In this document: positions 1 to 10,000 of the stretch, piece after piece
Position numbering within the stretch: the first letter of the stretch is position 1
Layout of the letters: each line of letters begins with the position of its first letter
Source of the DNA: Bdellovibrio sp.
GTDB taxonomy: Bacteria > Bdellovibrionota > Bdellovibrionia > Bdellovibrionales > Bdellovibrionaceae
Direction of reading: 5' to 3'
Assembly: GCA_036676395.1 (NCBI GenBank)
Contig: JAKFCY010000002.1
Coordinates: 1,280,001 to 1,344,000, forward strand
DNA length: 64,000 bases
Made by a program: the position numbers and the translations under genes
The notes under the pieces: generated by a model
What the model was told of the DNA's origin: nothing
What the model saw: the letters and a program-made list of their open reading frames with translations, nothing else
Database searches by the model: none

Positions 1-1002
1 ACAGGTTGGCGTCAAACTAGTGGTACAACAACTTCTGTTACCAAACAGACGTCAGGTACTTACAATATTGATGATCAGTTAACTCAAATGACTGGTACAG
101 TAAGTCGCACTTACACATACACGCAAGATGGTGAAGTTAACACTATAGTGAGCGCGAGTGGGACAACAACTTATGCTTACGATGTCTTTGGATATTTGAA
201 TAAGGCTACGCTTCCTGACGGAACAGTTATTGAATATAAAACTGATGCGTTTAATAGAAGAGTTAAGAAGTTAGTAAACGGCTCTGTATCAGAATATTAT
301 CTATGGCATGATCAAACCCGGTTAGCCGTAATTTTGGATTCTGGCAAAAATCCAAAAGCAATTTACGTTTATGGTTCGGAATCAGAAAATACCCCAGGTT
401 TTGTGATAAAGAGCGGGGTAACATATAAGATCATTCATGATCCAGGTACGGAATCAGTTCGATATGTAATTGATGCCAGCACGGGTGTGATTGTCCAAGA
501 AATTGATTACGACGAGTTCGGTAATGTTACTTTCAATAGTAATCCGACTTTCCAGCCATTAGGGTTCGCAGGTGGGTTGTTTGATTCAGATACAAAATTA
601 ATTAAATTTGGCGCTCGAGATTATGATCCAGTTATTGGTAGATGGCTAAGAAAAGATCCAATCGACTTCGCGGGTGGAGATACTAATTTGTATGCCTATG
701 TTGGAGGCGATCCAATGAGCTATACGGACCCAGACGGTCTCTCAGCGCTCCACAACACCAATGAGGTTGCAATTCCAGGTGGCAGTACGGGATTAATCGG
801 TGGTACGATTGGAGGTGTAGGTGGTAGTTATTTATGTAGTAAAAAAGGTAATCGACCAGAAGACTATGGTCCGCCACCATCTGAACATACAAAGAATAAA
901 ACACCTTCGAATCGTGAAAAACATGAGAATGCTGAAACAAAACGTAAAAGAGATCGCGGCGGTGAAAAGAAGGATCCAAAAATGCCGTACCGTAGAAAGT
1001 AG
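1..1002 (+). CDS. Rhs/YD-repeat protein, 3' part (5' end outside window): Rhs core plus short C-terminal putative toxin tip
   Basis: Frame open from base 1. YD-like repeats, then the Rhs core motifs YDEFG, GFAGGLFDSDT, FGARDYDPVIGRW, KDPI, NLYAYVGGDPMSYTDPDGL. About 85-aa extension after DPDGL. Confidence 0.9.
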   Translation, partial: TGWRQTSGTTTSVTKQTSGTYNIDDQLTQMTGTVSRTYTYTQDGEVNTIVSASGTTTYAYDVFGYLNKATLPDGTVIEYKTDAFNRRVKKLVNGSVSEYYLWHDQTRLAVILDSGKNPKAIYVYGSESENTPGFVIKSGVTYKIIHDPGTESVRYVIDASTGVIVQEIDYDEFGNVTFNSNPTFQPLGFAGGLFDSDTKLIKFGARDYDPVIGRWLRKDPIDFAGGDTNLYAYVGGDPMSYTDPDGLSALHNTNEVAIPGGSTGLIGGTIGGVGGSYLCSKKGNRPEDYGPPPSEHTKNKTPSNREKHENAETKRKRDRGGEKKDPKMPYRRK

Positions 1003-1805
1003 TGGAAAATATGCAAAAGAGTGAACGATCTATACTATCAGAAATAAGAAGAGCAAGTAATTTGCTAAAGGGTCAATCTTCAGCGAAAGTTATACGCGGA
1101 CAAATTAAACTACTTCGAAAATATAAACATATAGCTCAAGCCCGAGCCGAACTTGTTATTGAGCATTTTCAAAATCATCACGATTTAAATCCAGAAATCG
1201 TATTTTCTTGGGCTTTGGAAGCAGCCAATCGTGGAGATACTCGTAATATGGTTAATGTCGGATATTGTTATGCGAACGGTATTGGAGTTAAAAAAGATTA
1301 CAAATCGGCCATCAAATGGTTTTTGAAAGCTTCGAAAGCGGAGAGGCCTGAAGCTTTTTACAACTTGGCGAAACACTTTGAGGCTGGCGAAGGAGTTGTA
1401 AGAAACCCAAAGAAAGCTTTTCATTACTATCGGCTAGCTGCGACTAAAGGAAGTGAGCCCGAGTTTAACTTAGCTTTGGGATGGTGTTATGAGAACAGTT
1501 TCGGAGTTAAGCTAGATTTAAAAAACGCAGTAAAATACTATAGAAAAGCCGCGAAGAAAGGCGATGAGAGCGCTCTAAGTAATTTAGGACTCTCTTACCT
1601 TTATGGACGAGGGGTTAAGTCTTCGACATCAAAAGCGATAGAATTTTTTTCTAAGGCTGCACAGAAGGGCCATAGTCGATCATTCGAAATGCTAGGGCTA
1701 ATTTATATTGGTGAAGAGGGAGCGCTTAAAAAAATTGATTTAGCTAAAGGAAAAAAGTTCTTAAAGTTAGCAGCAAAGCTAAATGATTCCGAAGCTCAGC
1801 TTTGA
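1002..1805 (+). CDS. Sel1-like repeat protein (candidate immunity protein)
   Basis: Repeats of A..NLG.CY..G.GV.KD...A..W/YY..AA; start overlaps the Rhs stop (alternative ATG at 1011). Confidence 0.85.
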   Translation: MENMQKSERSILSEIRRASNLLKGQSSAKVIRGQIKLLRKYKHIAQARAELVIEHFQNHHDLNPEIVFSWALEAANRGDTRNMVNVGYCYANGIGVKKDYKSAIKWFLKASKAERPEAFYNLAKHFEAGEGVVRNPKKAFHYYRLAATKGSEPEFNLALGWCYENSFGVKLDLKNAVKYYRKAAKKGDESALSNLGLSYLYGRGVKSSTSKAIEFFSKAAQKGHSRSFEMLGLIYIGEEGALKKIDLAKGKKFLKLAAKLNDSEAQL

Positions 1806-1880
1806 ACTGCCTGGGCTAAACTTGTCCAGATTATGTACGACCTAGACAAATTTTAAGTCTATCAATTCGTAGTGTAAGTA

Positions 1881-2297
1881 CTACTCATGGTTTACTGCTT
1901 TGAGAAAAAATCGTGGCACTAGAGTTAGATACAAATTATAAATAGTCGCAAGCAAAAATAAAACCGGAATAACAGGCGGTTTTATTTTCATCGGAAGAAC
2001 CTCGGCGGGCACATCAGGTAAAAGGTGAACATAAGTTGCTACGCACATGATTGCGATTAATCCTAAAGACCCGATACTTAAAAGATTAAATTTGAATCTT
2101 TCGTTTTTAATGAAAAAACTAAACAACAGTATAAACCCAACTGTCATTTCGCCAAAAATGCCAAACAAGTAACTGGCCTCAGGCAGGCCGCTTGTCTGAA
2201 TCTGAACCGAATACCAAGTTTTAAAAGGTTCAAAGAATTTCAAAAATCCAAACATTAAAATCATAAAGCCTAAAAATACAGATAGTTTTTTATGCAT
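1881..2297 (-). CDS. DoxX-family membrane protein
   Basis: Four hydrophobic helices, FGFLKFF and GEMTVG patterns; last gene of the nemA operon. Confidence 0.6.
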   Translation of the reverse strand: MHKKLSVFLGFMILMFGFLKFFEPFKTWYSVQIQTSGLPEASYLFGIFGEMTVGFILLFSFFIKNERFKFNLLSIGSLGLIAIMCVATYVHLLPDVPAEVLPMKIKPPVIPVLFLLATIYNLYLTLVPRFFLKAVNHE

Positions 2298-2318
2298 AGA
2301 AGTTTCTCCTAGTTTTAG

Positions 2319-2609
2319 TTATTGTTTTAAGAGATCAATAAAGCGGTTGTCCATTTTAGATGGGTTGATTTCTAAAATTTCAGATTCAACGATCTTTTCG
2401 ATGATGAAAGGATCTTGATTGATTCGATTCTGTATCGATTCAATTGAAGATTTTTTAGCGATAATAGCCCCGCCTGAATTAGGCATTAGGCTTCCCGCTA
2501 GAAGAAAAGCACCTTCGTCAAATCCCTGGTTTAGCCATTTCATATGGCCTTCCATAAATTTGCCGGCGAGTTCGCGATTTTTAGAAAATTTTAATAATAT
2601 GACAAACAT
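2319..2609 (-). CDS. YciI-family protein
   Basis: 96 aa with H..WL, FLLAGS, GGAII and DPF motifs. Confidence 0.75.
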   Translation of the reverse strand: MFVILLKFSKNRELAGKFMEGHMKWLNQGFDEGAFLLAGSLMPNSGGAIIAKKSSIESIQNRINQDPFIIEKIVESEILEINPSKMDNRFIDLLKQ

Positions 2610-2631
2610 AAATTCTTTCTGTTAAAAATAT

Positions 2632-3201
2632 TTAGGCAATTTTGGATTTCAGCCAGTCTTCCATATGACGAACTTCGTTTTTAATAAACTTTTCGTCATG
2701 AAAGGTGTTTGCCAAAGTTGCAATGCCTTGGCTGCGGGCTAAAAGATGCAATGCAAGTTCATCGGCTTCTTTTTTACGGCCGGCAGCTGAGAATTGTCTG
2801 CTGATCCAAGTTCTAAATAAAGTCATCAGTTTGTTAGCGTGTTCTTTAGAGGCGTGATCCATTTTTGCAAGCTCGGTGCAAAGGGTACCGACCGGGCATC
2901 CGTAGAGTTTTAATTTCGCCTGGTTCATAATGAGCATGCGAATGAATTTTTCGATTCGCTCGGTCGGGCTTTGGCCAGACGATTCCCACTGATCTAACAT
3001 CTCTTGGGTGCGTTTGAGACGTAGCTCAATTACGGCTTCAAGAATTTCATCTTTAGATTTGAAGTGGTGGTAGAAGTTACCCCGAGAGATTTTGACCTCA
3101 TCTGCAATGTCAGCAAACGAAGTGTGTTCGAAACCTCTATGGTAAAAAAGCTGATCCGCTGATTCAATAATTTGATCGCGGGTTGATTTATCTAAAGCCA
3201 T
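2632..3201 (-). CDS. TetR-family regulator (NemR/LmrA-like)
   Basis: N-terminal HTH (GFEHTSFADIA...SRGNFYHHFKSK) and GCPVG motif; SD GAGGTG before the ATG at 3201. Confidence 0.88.
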   Translation of the reverse strand: MALDKSTRDQIIESADQLFYHRGFEHTSFADIADEVKISRGNFYHHFKSKDEILEAVIELRLKRTQEMLDQWESSGQSPTERIEKFIRMLIMNQAKLKLYGCPVGTLCTELAKMDHASKEHANKLMTLFRTWISRQFSAAGRKKEADELALHLLARSQGIATLANTFHDEKFIKNEVRHMEDWLKSKIA

Positions 3202-3233
3202 ATACACCTCTATTAAAAAATCCCATTTTCAAG

Positions 3234-4307
3234 TCACTTTGAATAAAAGGGATAGTCAATATATCCTTTTTCGCTGCCACCGTAGAATGTCGAATGATCA
3301 ACTTCGTTAAGTGGTAGGCCATCTTGAAATCTGCGAACAAGATCAGGGTTGGCTAAAAACGGAACGCCAAATGCAACTAAGTCAGCATCTGCATTTTGAA
3401 TAGCCGTTTTGGCGCGCGCCAGATCATAGCCATTATTTGCGATATAATTTTCGGTAAATTTAGATCTAAGAGAACGATAATTAACCGAACTTGTTTTTGT
3501 CATCATGTCGCCTTCGAGCACGTGCACATAAGATAATTTTCGCTGACTAAGTTGCTCGAGAAAATATTCGAAATGCACTTGAGGATTAGAATCGGACATT
3601 GAATTGAAGCTGTTTTCAGGAGTTAGGCGAACTCCAATTCTTTGTGATGGCCAAACTGAACTTACAGCATCCAAAATATCGTTTAATAAGCGCATTCTAT
3701 TTTGCAAAGAGCCGCCATAGGCATCAGCTCGATGATTGCTGCCGTCTCGAAGGAATTGGTCAATGATGTAACCATTGGCTCCGTGAATTTCAACACCGTC
3801 AAAACCTGCCTGCTTTGCCAGAACCGCGCCATTCTTAAATTGTTCAACAAGATTTTTAATCTCGCTTGTTTCTAGGGCTCTTGGAACGACAAAGTCCTGC
3901 ATGCCAGTATAAGTTACGGCTTGGCCTATTGCCTTTAAAGCAGATGGCGCTACGGGAGTAGCTCCATCTGGCTGCATGCTTGGGTGGGAAATGCGTCCGC
4001 AGTGTTGCAGCTGAATAAAAATGTGAGAGCCTTCTTTATGAACAGCTTCAGTCAGAGTTTTCCAGCTTTTACTTTGAGATTCTGTGTAAATACCAGGAGT
4101 CATTGGATAGCCGATGGCTTGCTCTGATACGGGAACCGATTCTGTAATGATCAGACCAGCGCCAGCGCGCTGTTGATAATGTGTCACCATCATGGGCGAG
4201 ACAAGTCCGCTTCGCTCGGCTCGATTTCGGGTCATGGGGGCCATGACTATTCGATTTTTCAATTTTAAATCACCGAGTCTAAAAGGTTCAAAAATGCTCT
4301 TAGTCAC
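3234..4307 (-). CDS. nemA: Old Yellow Enzyme-family alkene reductase (N-ethylmaleimide reductase-like)
   Basis: NRIVMAPMTR, QLQHCGR, GFDGVEIHGANGY, D.YGGS.NR.R, ANPDLV.R, FYGG...GY.DYP. Confidence 0.92.
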   Translation of the reverse strand: MTKSIFEPFRLGDLKLKNRIVMAPMTRNRAERSGLVSPMMVTHYQQRAGAGLIITESVPVSEQAIGYPMTPGIYTESQSKSWKTLTEAVHKEGSHIFIQLQHCGRISHPSMQPDGATPVAPSALKAIGQAVTYTGMQDFVVPRALETSEIKNLVEQFKNGAVLAKQAGFDGVEIHGANGYIIDQFLRDGSNHRADAYGGSLQNRMRLLNDILDAVSSVWPSQRIGVRLTPENSFNSMSDSNPQVHFEYFLEQLSQRKLSYVHVLEGDMMTKTSSVNYRSLRSKFTENYIANNGYDLARAKTAIQNADADLVAFGVPFLANPDLVRRFQDGLPLNEVDHSTFYGGSEKGYIDYPFYSK

Positions 4308-4345
4308 AAGTTCTCCTATGTATTTCGGGCTTCATGATTTTTGCA

Positions 4346-4396
4346 ATTAGGACAGTCGACCTAATACTTTTAATAGAATAGGACATTTGTCCTATT
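4346..4396. promoter_or_regulatory. Two tandem palindromic operators, probably for the TetR regulator
   Basis: ATTAGGACAGTCGACCTAAT (4346-4365) and AATAGGACA-TT-TGTCCTATT (4377-4396, perfect 9-bp arms), directly upstream of nemA. Confidence 0.7.
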
Positions 4397-4430
4397 TAGT
4401 CAAGTAGGATTTTAAATTTAGTGAAATAAA

Positions 4431-6842
4431 CTAACCCGTCGACATCATGCCGCTGGAAATACCGGTAACTGTTAACCGTAACAAATCGATTTCTTTATTT
4501 TTTATCGCGATGTTTTGCAAAAGGTTCAGCGGGTGAATCATTGGCGCGCGCAGCTGCACGCTTTCTTGCAGCCATTGTTTGGTGTCTAATAATTTTTGTG
4601 ATTTTGTGATAATTTTGCAAAAGCGTACAGTGCGGTAATATTCTTCGTCGATTTCTTTTGAGAATTTTTGCGCAAGTTCTTTAGGTAAAGCACTTTCATT
4701 TAAATAGGTTTTAAATACAGCCAGTTCAACTTTGGCTAAAGTGAAATCTAAAGCTTTAACATATGAATTAAAAACGGGGTTTTGCTCAAAAGCTTCAACT
4801 AAAGCTCTTTTTTGAGTAGCCGATGAATCCTGCCAAGCGCTTCCGGCGCCCCACCAAATCGGAAAAAGCAGCCGGGTTTGTGTCCAGCACAAAATCCACG
4901 GAATAGCTCGCAGGCTTTTAACAGTAAGTTCTTTCGAGCGGCGAGCAGGGCGCGAGCCTAGTTTTAAATACCTCATCATCGCATAAGGTGTGGCAAGTTT
5001 TACAATCTCTAAGAATTCAGGATCAGTGATTTTAGCGCGGTAAGATTGAGTGATTTTGTTGGCGAAAAGTTTTAGTTCTATATTTTCTGCAGAATGAAAT
5101 TTCTTTTTTAATACGTCTGTGGCCGATTGAGAGATATTTTCTAGCTGGCGTTCGGCGATCATCGGTGTCGCTAACCAGCGTTCGATGATTTCTCCTTGGA
5201 CGGTGGCTTTAAAATTATTAGCGGCACTTTTTGGCCACCACGCAGTTTGATTGTCGAGGGTTCCGCCGCCGCGATCGACGCTTCCGCCAGAACCATGAAA
5301 AAAGATCGGTATGACTTGGTGATCTCGGCACACCTTTTCAAGGCGTGGAAGTGCTTGTGCAATCGCAAGCCGGCTAGGAAACACTCCGGCCTCTTTACTG
5401 GAATCAGAATATCCGACCATAAGTTCTACTTTTGAATTCCACAGTTTTTTAATCGCAGTCATTAACAGTTCGTCGTTAAAGACTTCAGACATGATCTGGG
5501 CTGATTGAGCTAACGATGTTGATTCTTCAAATAACGGAACCACGGGCAAGATGATTTGCCCTAAGAATTTTTTTTGTTTTAAGGCGGCAGCTTTTATGTG
5601 AGCCGCAGATTCGGTCATGCTAATGATAAACGACCTGGCATACCAGCGTGGGTCGCCGCCTTTTGAAACCGTAGCAATTGTTTTTAACATGCGGTCAATG
5701 GCTAGACCTTTTTTGTTTTCTGATTCAGACATGAGCACATCTGAAGATTCGCGCAGTTCTATAGGTATCACTAATCCAGGAAATAATTCAAGCAGCTGAG
5801 CAAGAGTGCATAGTTCGGGGTGAATGCCGCCGATTTCTATGTGGTAAGTAGTTATTATTTTTCGAATTTCTTCTTTAAATTTCGCAACTTTTTTTACATC
5901 ACTGGTTTTTAAAAGTCGTAAAGGTTTAATCATCGTCAGCAAATGATTAATTTGTTTTTCAAGTTTTTTATTTGAAACAAGTTTTAAGGTGGTGCGAACA
6001 GCGATAAGTTGACCTGTTATGATTTTCAGAATTTCATTTCTTGAAAGCGTTAAACTTTGCAGTAAAGTTTTTTCGTGAACGCCGGGGTGGCCATCTTTAT
6101 CACTGCCAATCCAGCTATGAATACGCAGTTTTACTTTTCGTTCGTTGGCATTCATCAGTGTAGTTAAGATGTCATCTTGAAAAAGTAGACCATAAAGTGT
6201 TTTTGCTTCGTCTTTGACTTTCGGTGAACGTTTACGCATCACCGGAATGCGCCACGCAAGCTCTAGATAGTGAAACAGGTTTACTTTTTGTTGAGGTTTA
6301 ATTTGGGTTTTTCTTTCAAGTTCATTTGCCGTTAGAATATTTAGCAGTATTTTTTGAATTTCGCGAAAGATCGCGATGTTTTGCGCAGACCTTGCCTCAG
6401 TTGGGTGAGCCGTTAACACATAAGTAATGCTTTCTGGATGAATTTCTGAATACTTAGTTTTTTTATTCACTTTCAGGCGGTGACTGCGATAAGCATTTTC
6501 TGCGGCGTTCATTAACTGAATCATTAAAGTAAATGCATGCGCAATTTGATAACGCCGCTCTGGCGTGTGTTTTTCTAGCTCGTGTTTTAAGTGAATTAAC
6601 TTTGCGAAAGCTTCGCCGGTTGAAGTTTTACGCAAGTAAGTCATCTGCACCCGAATATTTTCGATTTGTTCAAAGGCTTTAAGGCCTAGTTCTCGCTGAA
6701 TGACTTCACCTAATAGGGCCACTGATTCACGAATGAGATGACGCAATTCTGGTGCAATATTAAATTTTTTATTTTTTACCAGAAGATTTGATTTCGGAAG
6801 TGTTGGTTTAAGTGCATTCAAGTCTTGAACAGAATCTAGCAT
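4431..6842 (-). CDS. ppc: Phosphoenolpyruvate carboxylase (divergent bacterial type)
   Basis: VLTAHPTEA, PLFE, GYSDSSKEAG, FHG.GG..DRGGG, T.QGE, GSRPARR, LRAIPW and C-terminal GISSGMMSTG. Confidence 0.88.
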   Translation of the reverse strand: MLDSVQDLNALKPTLPKSNLLVKNKKFNIAPELRHLIRESVALLGEVIQRELGLKAFEQIENIRVQMTYLRKTSTGEAFAKLIHLKHELEKHTPERRYQIAHAFTLMIQLMNAAENAYRSHRLKVNKKTKYSEIHPESITYVLTAHPTEARSAQNIAIFREIQKILLNILTANELERKTQIKPQQKVNLFHYLELAWRIPVMRKRSPKVKDEAKTLYGLLFQDDILTTLMNANERKVKLRIHSWIGSDKDGHPGVHEKTLLQSLTLSRNEILKIITGQLIAVRTTLKLVSNKKLEKQINHLLTMIKPLRLLKTSDVKKVAKFKEEIRKIITTYHIEIGGIHPELCTLAQLLELFPGLVIPIELRESSDVLMSESENKKGLAIDRMLKTIATVSKGGDPRWYARSFIISMTESAAHIKAAALKQKKFLGQIILPVVPLFEESTSLAQSAQIMSEVFNDELLMTAIKKLWNSKVELMVGYSDSSKEAGVFPSRLAIAQALPRLEKVCRDHQVIPIFFHGSGGSVDRGGGTLDNQTAWWPKSAANNFKATVQGEIIERWLATPMIAERQLENISQSATDVLKKKFHSAENIELKLFANKITQSYRAKITDPEFLEIVKLATPYAMMRYLKLGSRPARRSKELTVKSLRAIPWILCWTQTRLLFPIWWGAGSAWQDSSATQKRALVEAFEQNPVFNSYVKALDFTLAKVELAVFKTYLNESALPKELAQKFSKEIDEEYYRTVRFCKIITKSQKLLDTKQWLQESVQLRAPMIHPLNLLQNIAIKNKEIDLLRLTVTGISSGMMSTG

Positions 6843-7052
6843 AATATCCCCACTGGCTTAAAAAGCTTGATAGCAATTTGATGACCACTCTAAAAAAGCT
6901 TGAATAGGATTGGATGAGGAATACTGACCGCATAGATGAATTCGTGGGGCTAAAACGGCATGAATTACTATTTTTAACTTAAATTTAATGGAAAATATCA
7001 ATTTGATACACTCTTTTGCGCTTTTATTCTCTTTGGCGAACTTTCGTTTTCT

Positions 7053-7079
7053 TAAGTGAACATCGTAAGATGTCGATAA
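7053..7079 (+). promoter_or_regulatory. Putative FliA (sigma28) promoter of fibre gene 1
   Basis: TAAG-N15-GTCGATAA, ending 6 nt before the GTG start. Confidence 0.6.
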
Positions 7080-7085
7080 GTATTT

Positions 7086-10000
7086 GTGAGAATAATGGCG
7101 TTGAACGTGCTTTCTAAATGGCTAACTTTGTTAGGAATTTTCCTATTTGCTGTTTCATCTTTTGCGATCAACGGAAGAACCACTTATCAAGCTAAAATTA
7201 TTAAACCTGATGGTTATCCCCTTGAATCTGCAAGTGTAAATTTTCGGTTCACCGTTTTAGATCAATCCGGATCTTGCGCGATGTATATTGAAGACTACGC
7301 AGCCATTAACATGACTGACACCGGTGGACTAATTTCTTTTCCGTTAGGAACCGGTGCACGTGCGTTTCCAACAAGTGGTACAGCGCAAACTTTTCAAAAT
7401 ACTTTTGATAACTCGATCACATCCTTTGCCTGTCAGACTATGGGAATTTATAATCCTAATTCGACAGACACACGTAAAATCGTTATGCAGTTTAACGATG
7501 GTGGCGGTTGGCAAACGCTTCCTGCGATGAGTATTAATGCGGTTCCGTATGCCATGTTTGCTACTCGTTCTGATAATTCACGGTTACTAAATAATAAAGC
7601 AGATACTGCCTTTGTCGAGTATTCAACGATTCCAACATGTACAGCATCGCAAGCGCTGCAATACACGGGCGCAAACTTTGTTTGTGTGGCAGCCGGTGGC
7701 AGTGGCGGGGTGACTTCAGGTGATATCACGACAGCCTTAGGTTACACCCCAGCAGATCCTGCAACGCTTGCTGCTTCGTACACGACGCAGGCTGATTTTA
7801 CGGTAGTGTCTGGTGCGGTGAATGCGATGGTGACATCAGTTTTAAATTTATCAACTTCAGTTGGAGCAATGACTTCTTCGCAGTGGACTAGCTCTGGCAC
7901 AAATATTTTTTACGATACAGGTTACATAGGAATAGGTACTACAGACCCTCAGTATCCACTTCATGTTGTTAAATCTGCAACCGGATTTGATGCCGGTGTT
8001 GCTATGAGTTTTGACGGGTATGTTGGAAGCGGAAATCCTTATACTGGAATTATCGTGCGGGCGGCGCGCGGAACTACGGCTTCGCCAACAGCGATTTTAA
8101 ATGGTGACGGTATTGGTATTTTTGGTATTCGTGCTTACGGAGTCACTAAATTTGCTGACACGACAACAGCAAATATTACGGCATTGGCTACAGAAAATTT
8201 TACCGATACCTCGATGGGAACCGCACTTCGCTTTATGACAACCCCGAATAGTTCGACAGCTTCGGTTGAACGTATGCGCATCAATCACGATGGAAACATC
8301 GGCGTGGGAGTATCTGCACCGGTGACTAAACTTGATGTTTCGGGTGGTGTTCGCATCAGTATGGAAACAGCAACATGTGCTGCAAGTTTTGCTGGAACTT
8401 TACGATATAACTCGGGCTTGGTCGAATATTGTAATGGCGCTTCATGGTCAGCATTTGGTGTGGCGGGTGCAGGAATTACTTTGTTTAATGGTTCATCTTC
8501 TGGCACACAAACTTTTGTAACTGGAATTACCGGAACCAATTTTAATATTACGACGAATAACGGAGTTCACTCTTTAAATATTCCGTTAGCGGCTACTGGT
8601 TCTGTGACTGCGGGTTTATTATCAAATGTTGATTACGTTTTATTTTCAAATAAAGTGAATGCAACAAGTGCGGCTATTATTTCTGCTTTAGGTTATACTC
8701 CTGCCAATAATGCAGCTTCAGGAACTTATGCCGTTAAATCTAATAATTTATCTGATTTAACATCAGCAACAGTTGCGCGAACAAATTTAGGCTTAGGATC
8801 GATCTCTGTATTAAATTCGGTTGATCTAAGTGGATCGCAAGCGACAGGAACTTTGGCAGCAGCAAGACTACCGGCATTTAGTGGTGATGCGACCAGTTCA
8901 GTAGGTTCTGCGATTTTAACTTTAGCTTCGGTTGGTGCAGGTGTCACCAGTGGTTCACAATACACGAAAGTCACTGTTGATGGCAAAGGCCGCGTAACAA
9001 GTGGCGCGCAGTTGTCTGTAACAGATGTAACGACCGCTTTAGGTTATACTCCGGCAAGTGCTTCGGCATCTACGCAGTGGGTAACCAGTGGTACAACGAT
9101 TAATTATTCAACGGGTAATGTCGGTATTGGCAATTCGTCGCCGCTAAGTTTATTATCGATCGGAAGCACTCTTGGATCAGGTTACGCTTTAACCGCAAAT
9201 TCGACAAGTGCGTACGGTATGGTTGTACAAACATCAGAAGCTGTCGCCGGAAATAATGCAGCGTTTTGGGTGAGAACAAGTGCGGACAGCGGTGCAACGA
9301 ATAGAACTCTTTTAAGAGTGCAAAATAATGGAAAAGTCGGTTTAGGTGTCAGTGCGCCAACAGCGAGCTTGCATTTAACATCTGGATCAACAATCGCGAC
9401 AACGGCTCCGTTAAAATTTACAAGTGGATCGTTAATGACAGCTCCTGAAGCAGGTGCCATTGAGTTTGATGGCACTTATTTTTATGTAACTGATGGTGCA
9501 AATTCTCGTAAAGCTATTCTTACTGACACTGGTGGAAACTATGCAGTAAGCCATCTTACTTCGTCAGGTAATATTACTTTTACCCCGAATTCTTCGGTTA
9601 TCGTTTCTTCAACTACAAATTCGACGTCTGCAAATACAGGAGCTTTTATCGTTAAAGGTGGTATGGGAGTTGGTGCAGACCTTAATGTCACAGGAGTTAT
9701 CAGTGGCTCATCAATTGTAAAAGCCAGCGGTTATCGTGCCAATCAAGGTGTGCCGAACAATTCTGATAACTCAACTAATGGTTATTCATTTGGGCTTGAT
9801 GGTGACACGGGTGTTTTTTCTCCAGGTAATGGCGGCGCTAATGGTGTGGTGGCTATTTATAATAATAACGCAGAAACTATGCGAATTAATCCGGGTGCTG
9901 TGGGTATTGGTACTTCGTCACCTTCGGCTGTGTTGCAACTTGCGACGGCTACCCAAAATATCGATCGTATTCGTTTAACTGGGCAAGAGTTTTATCAAGC

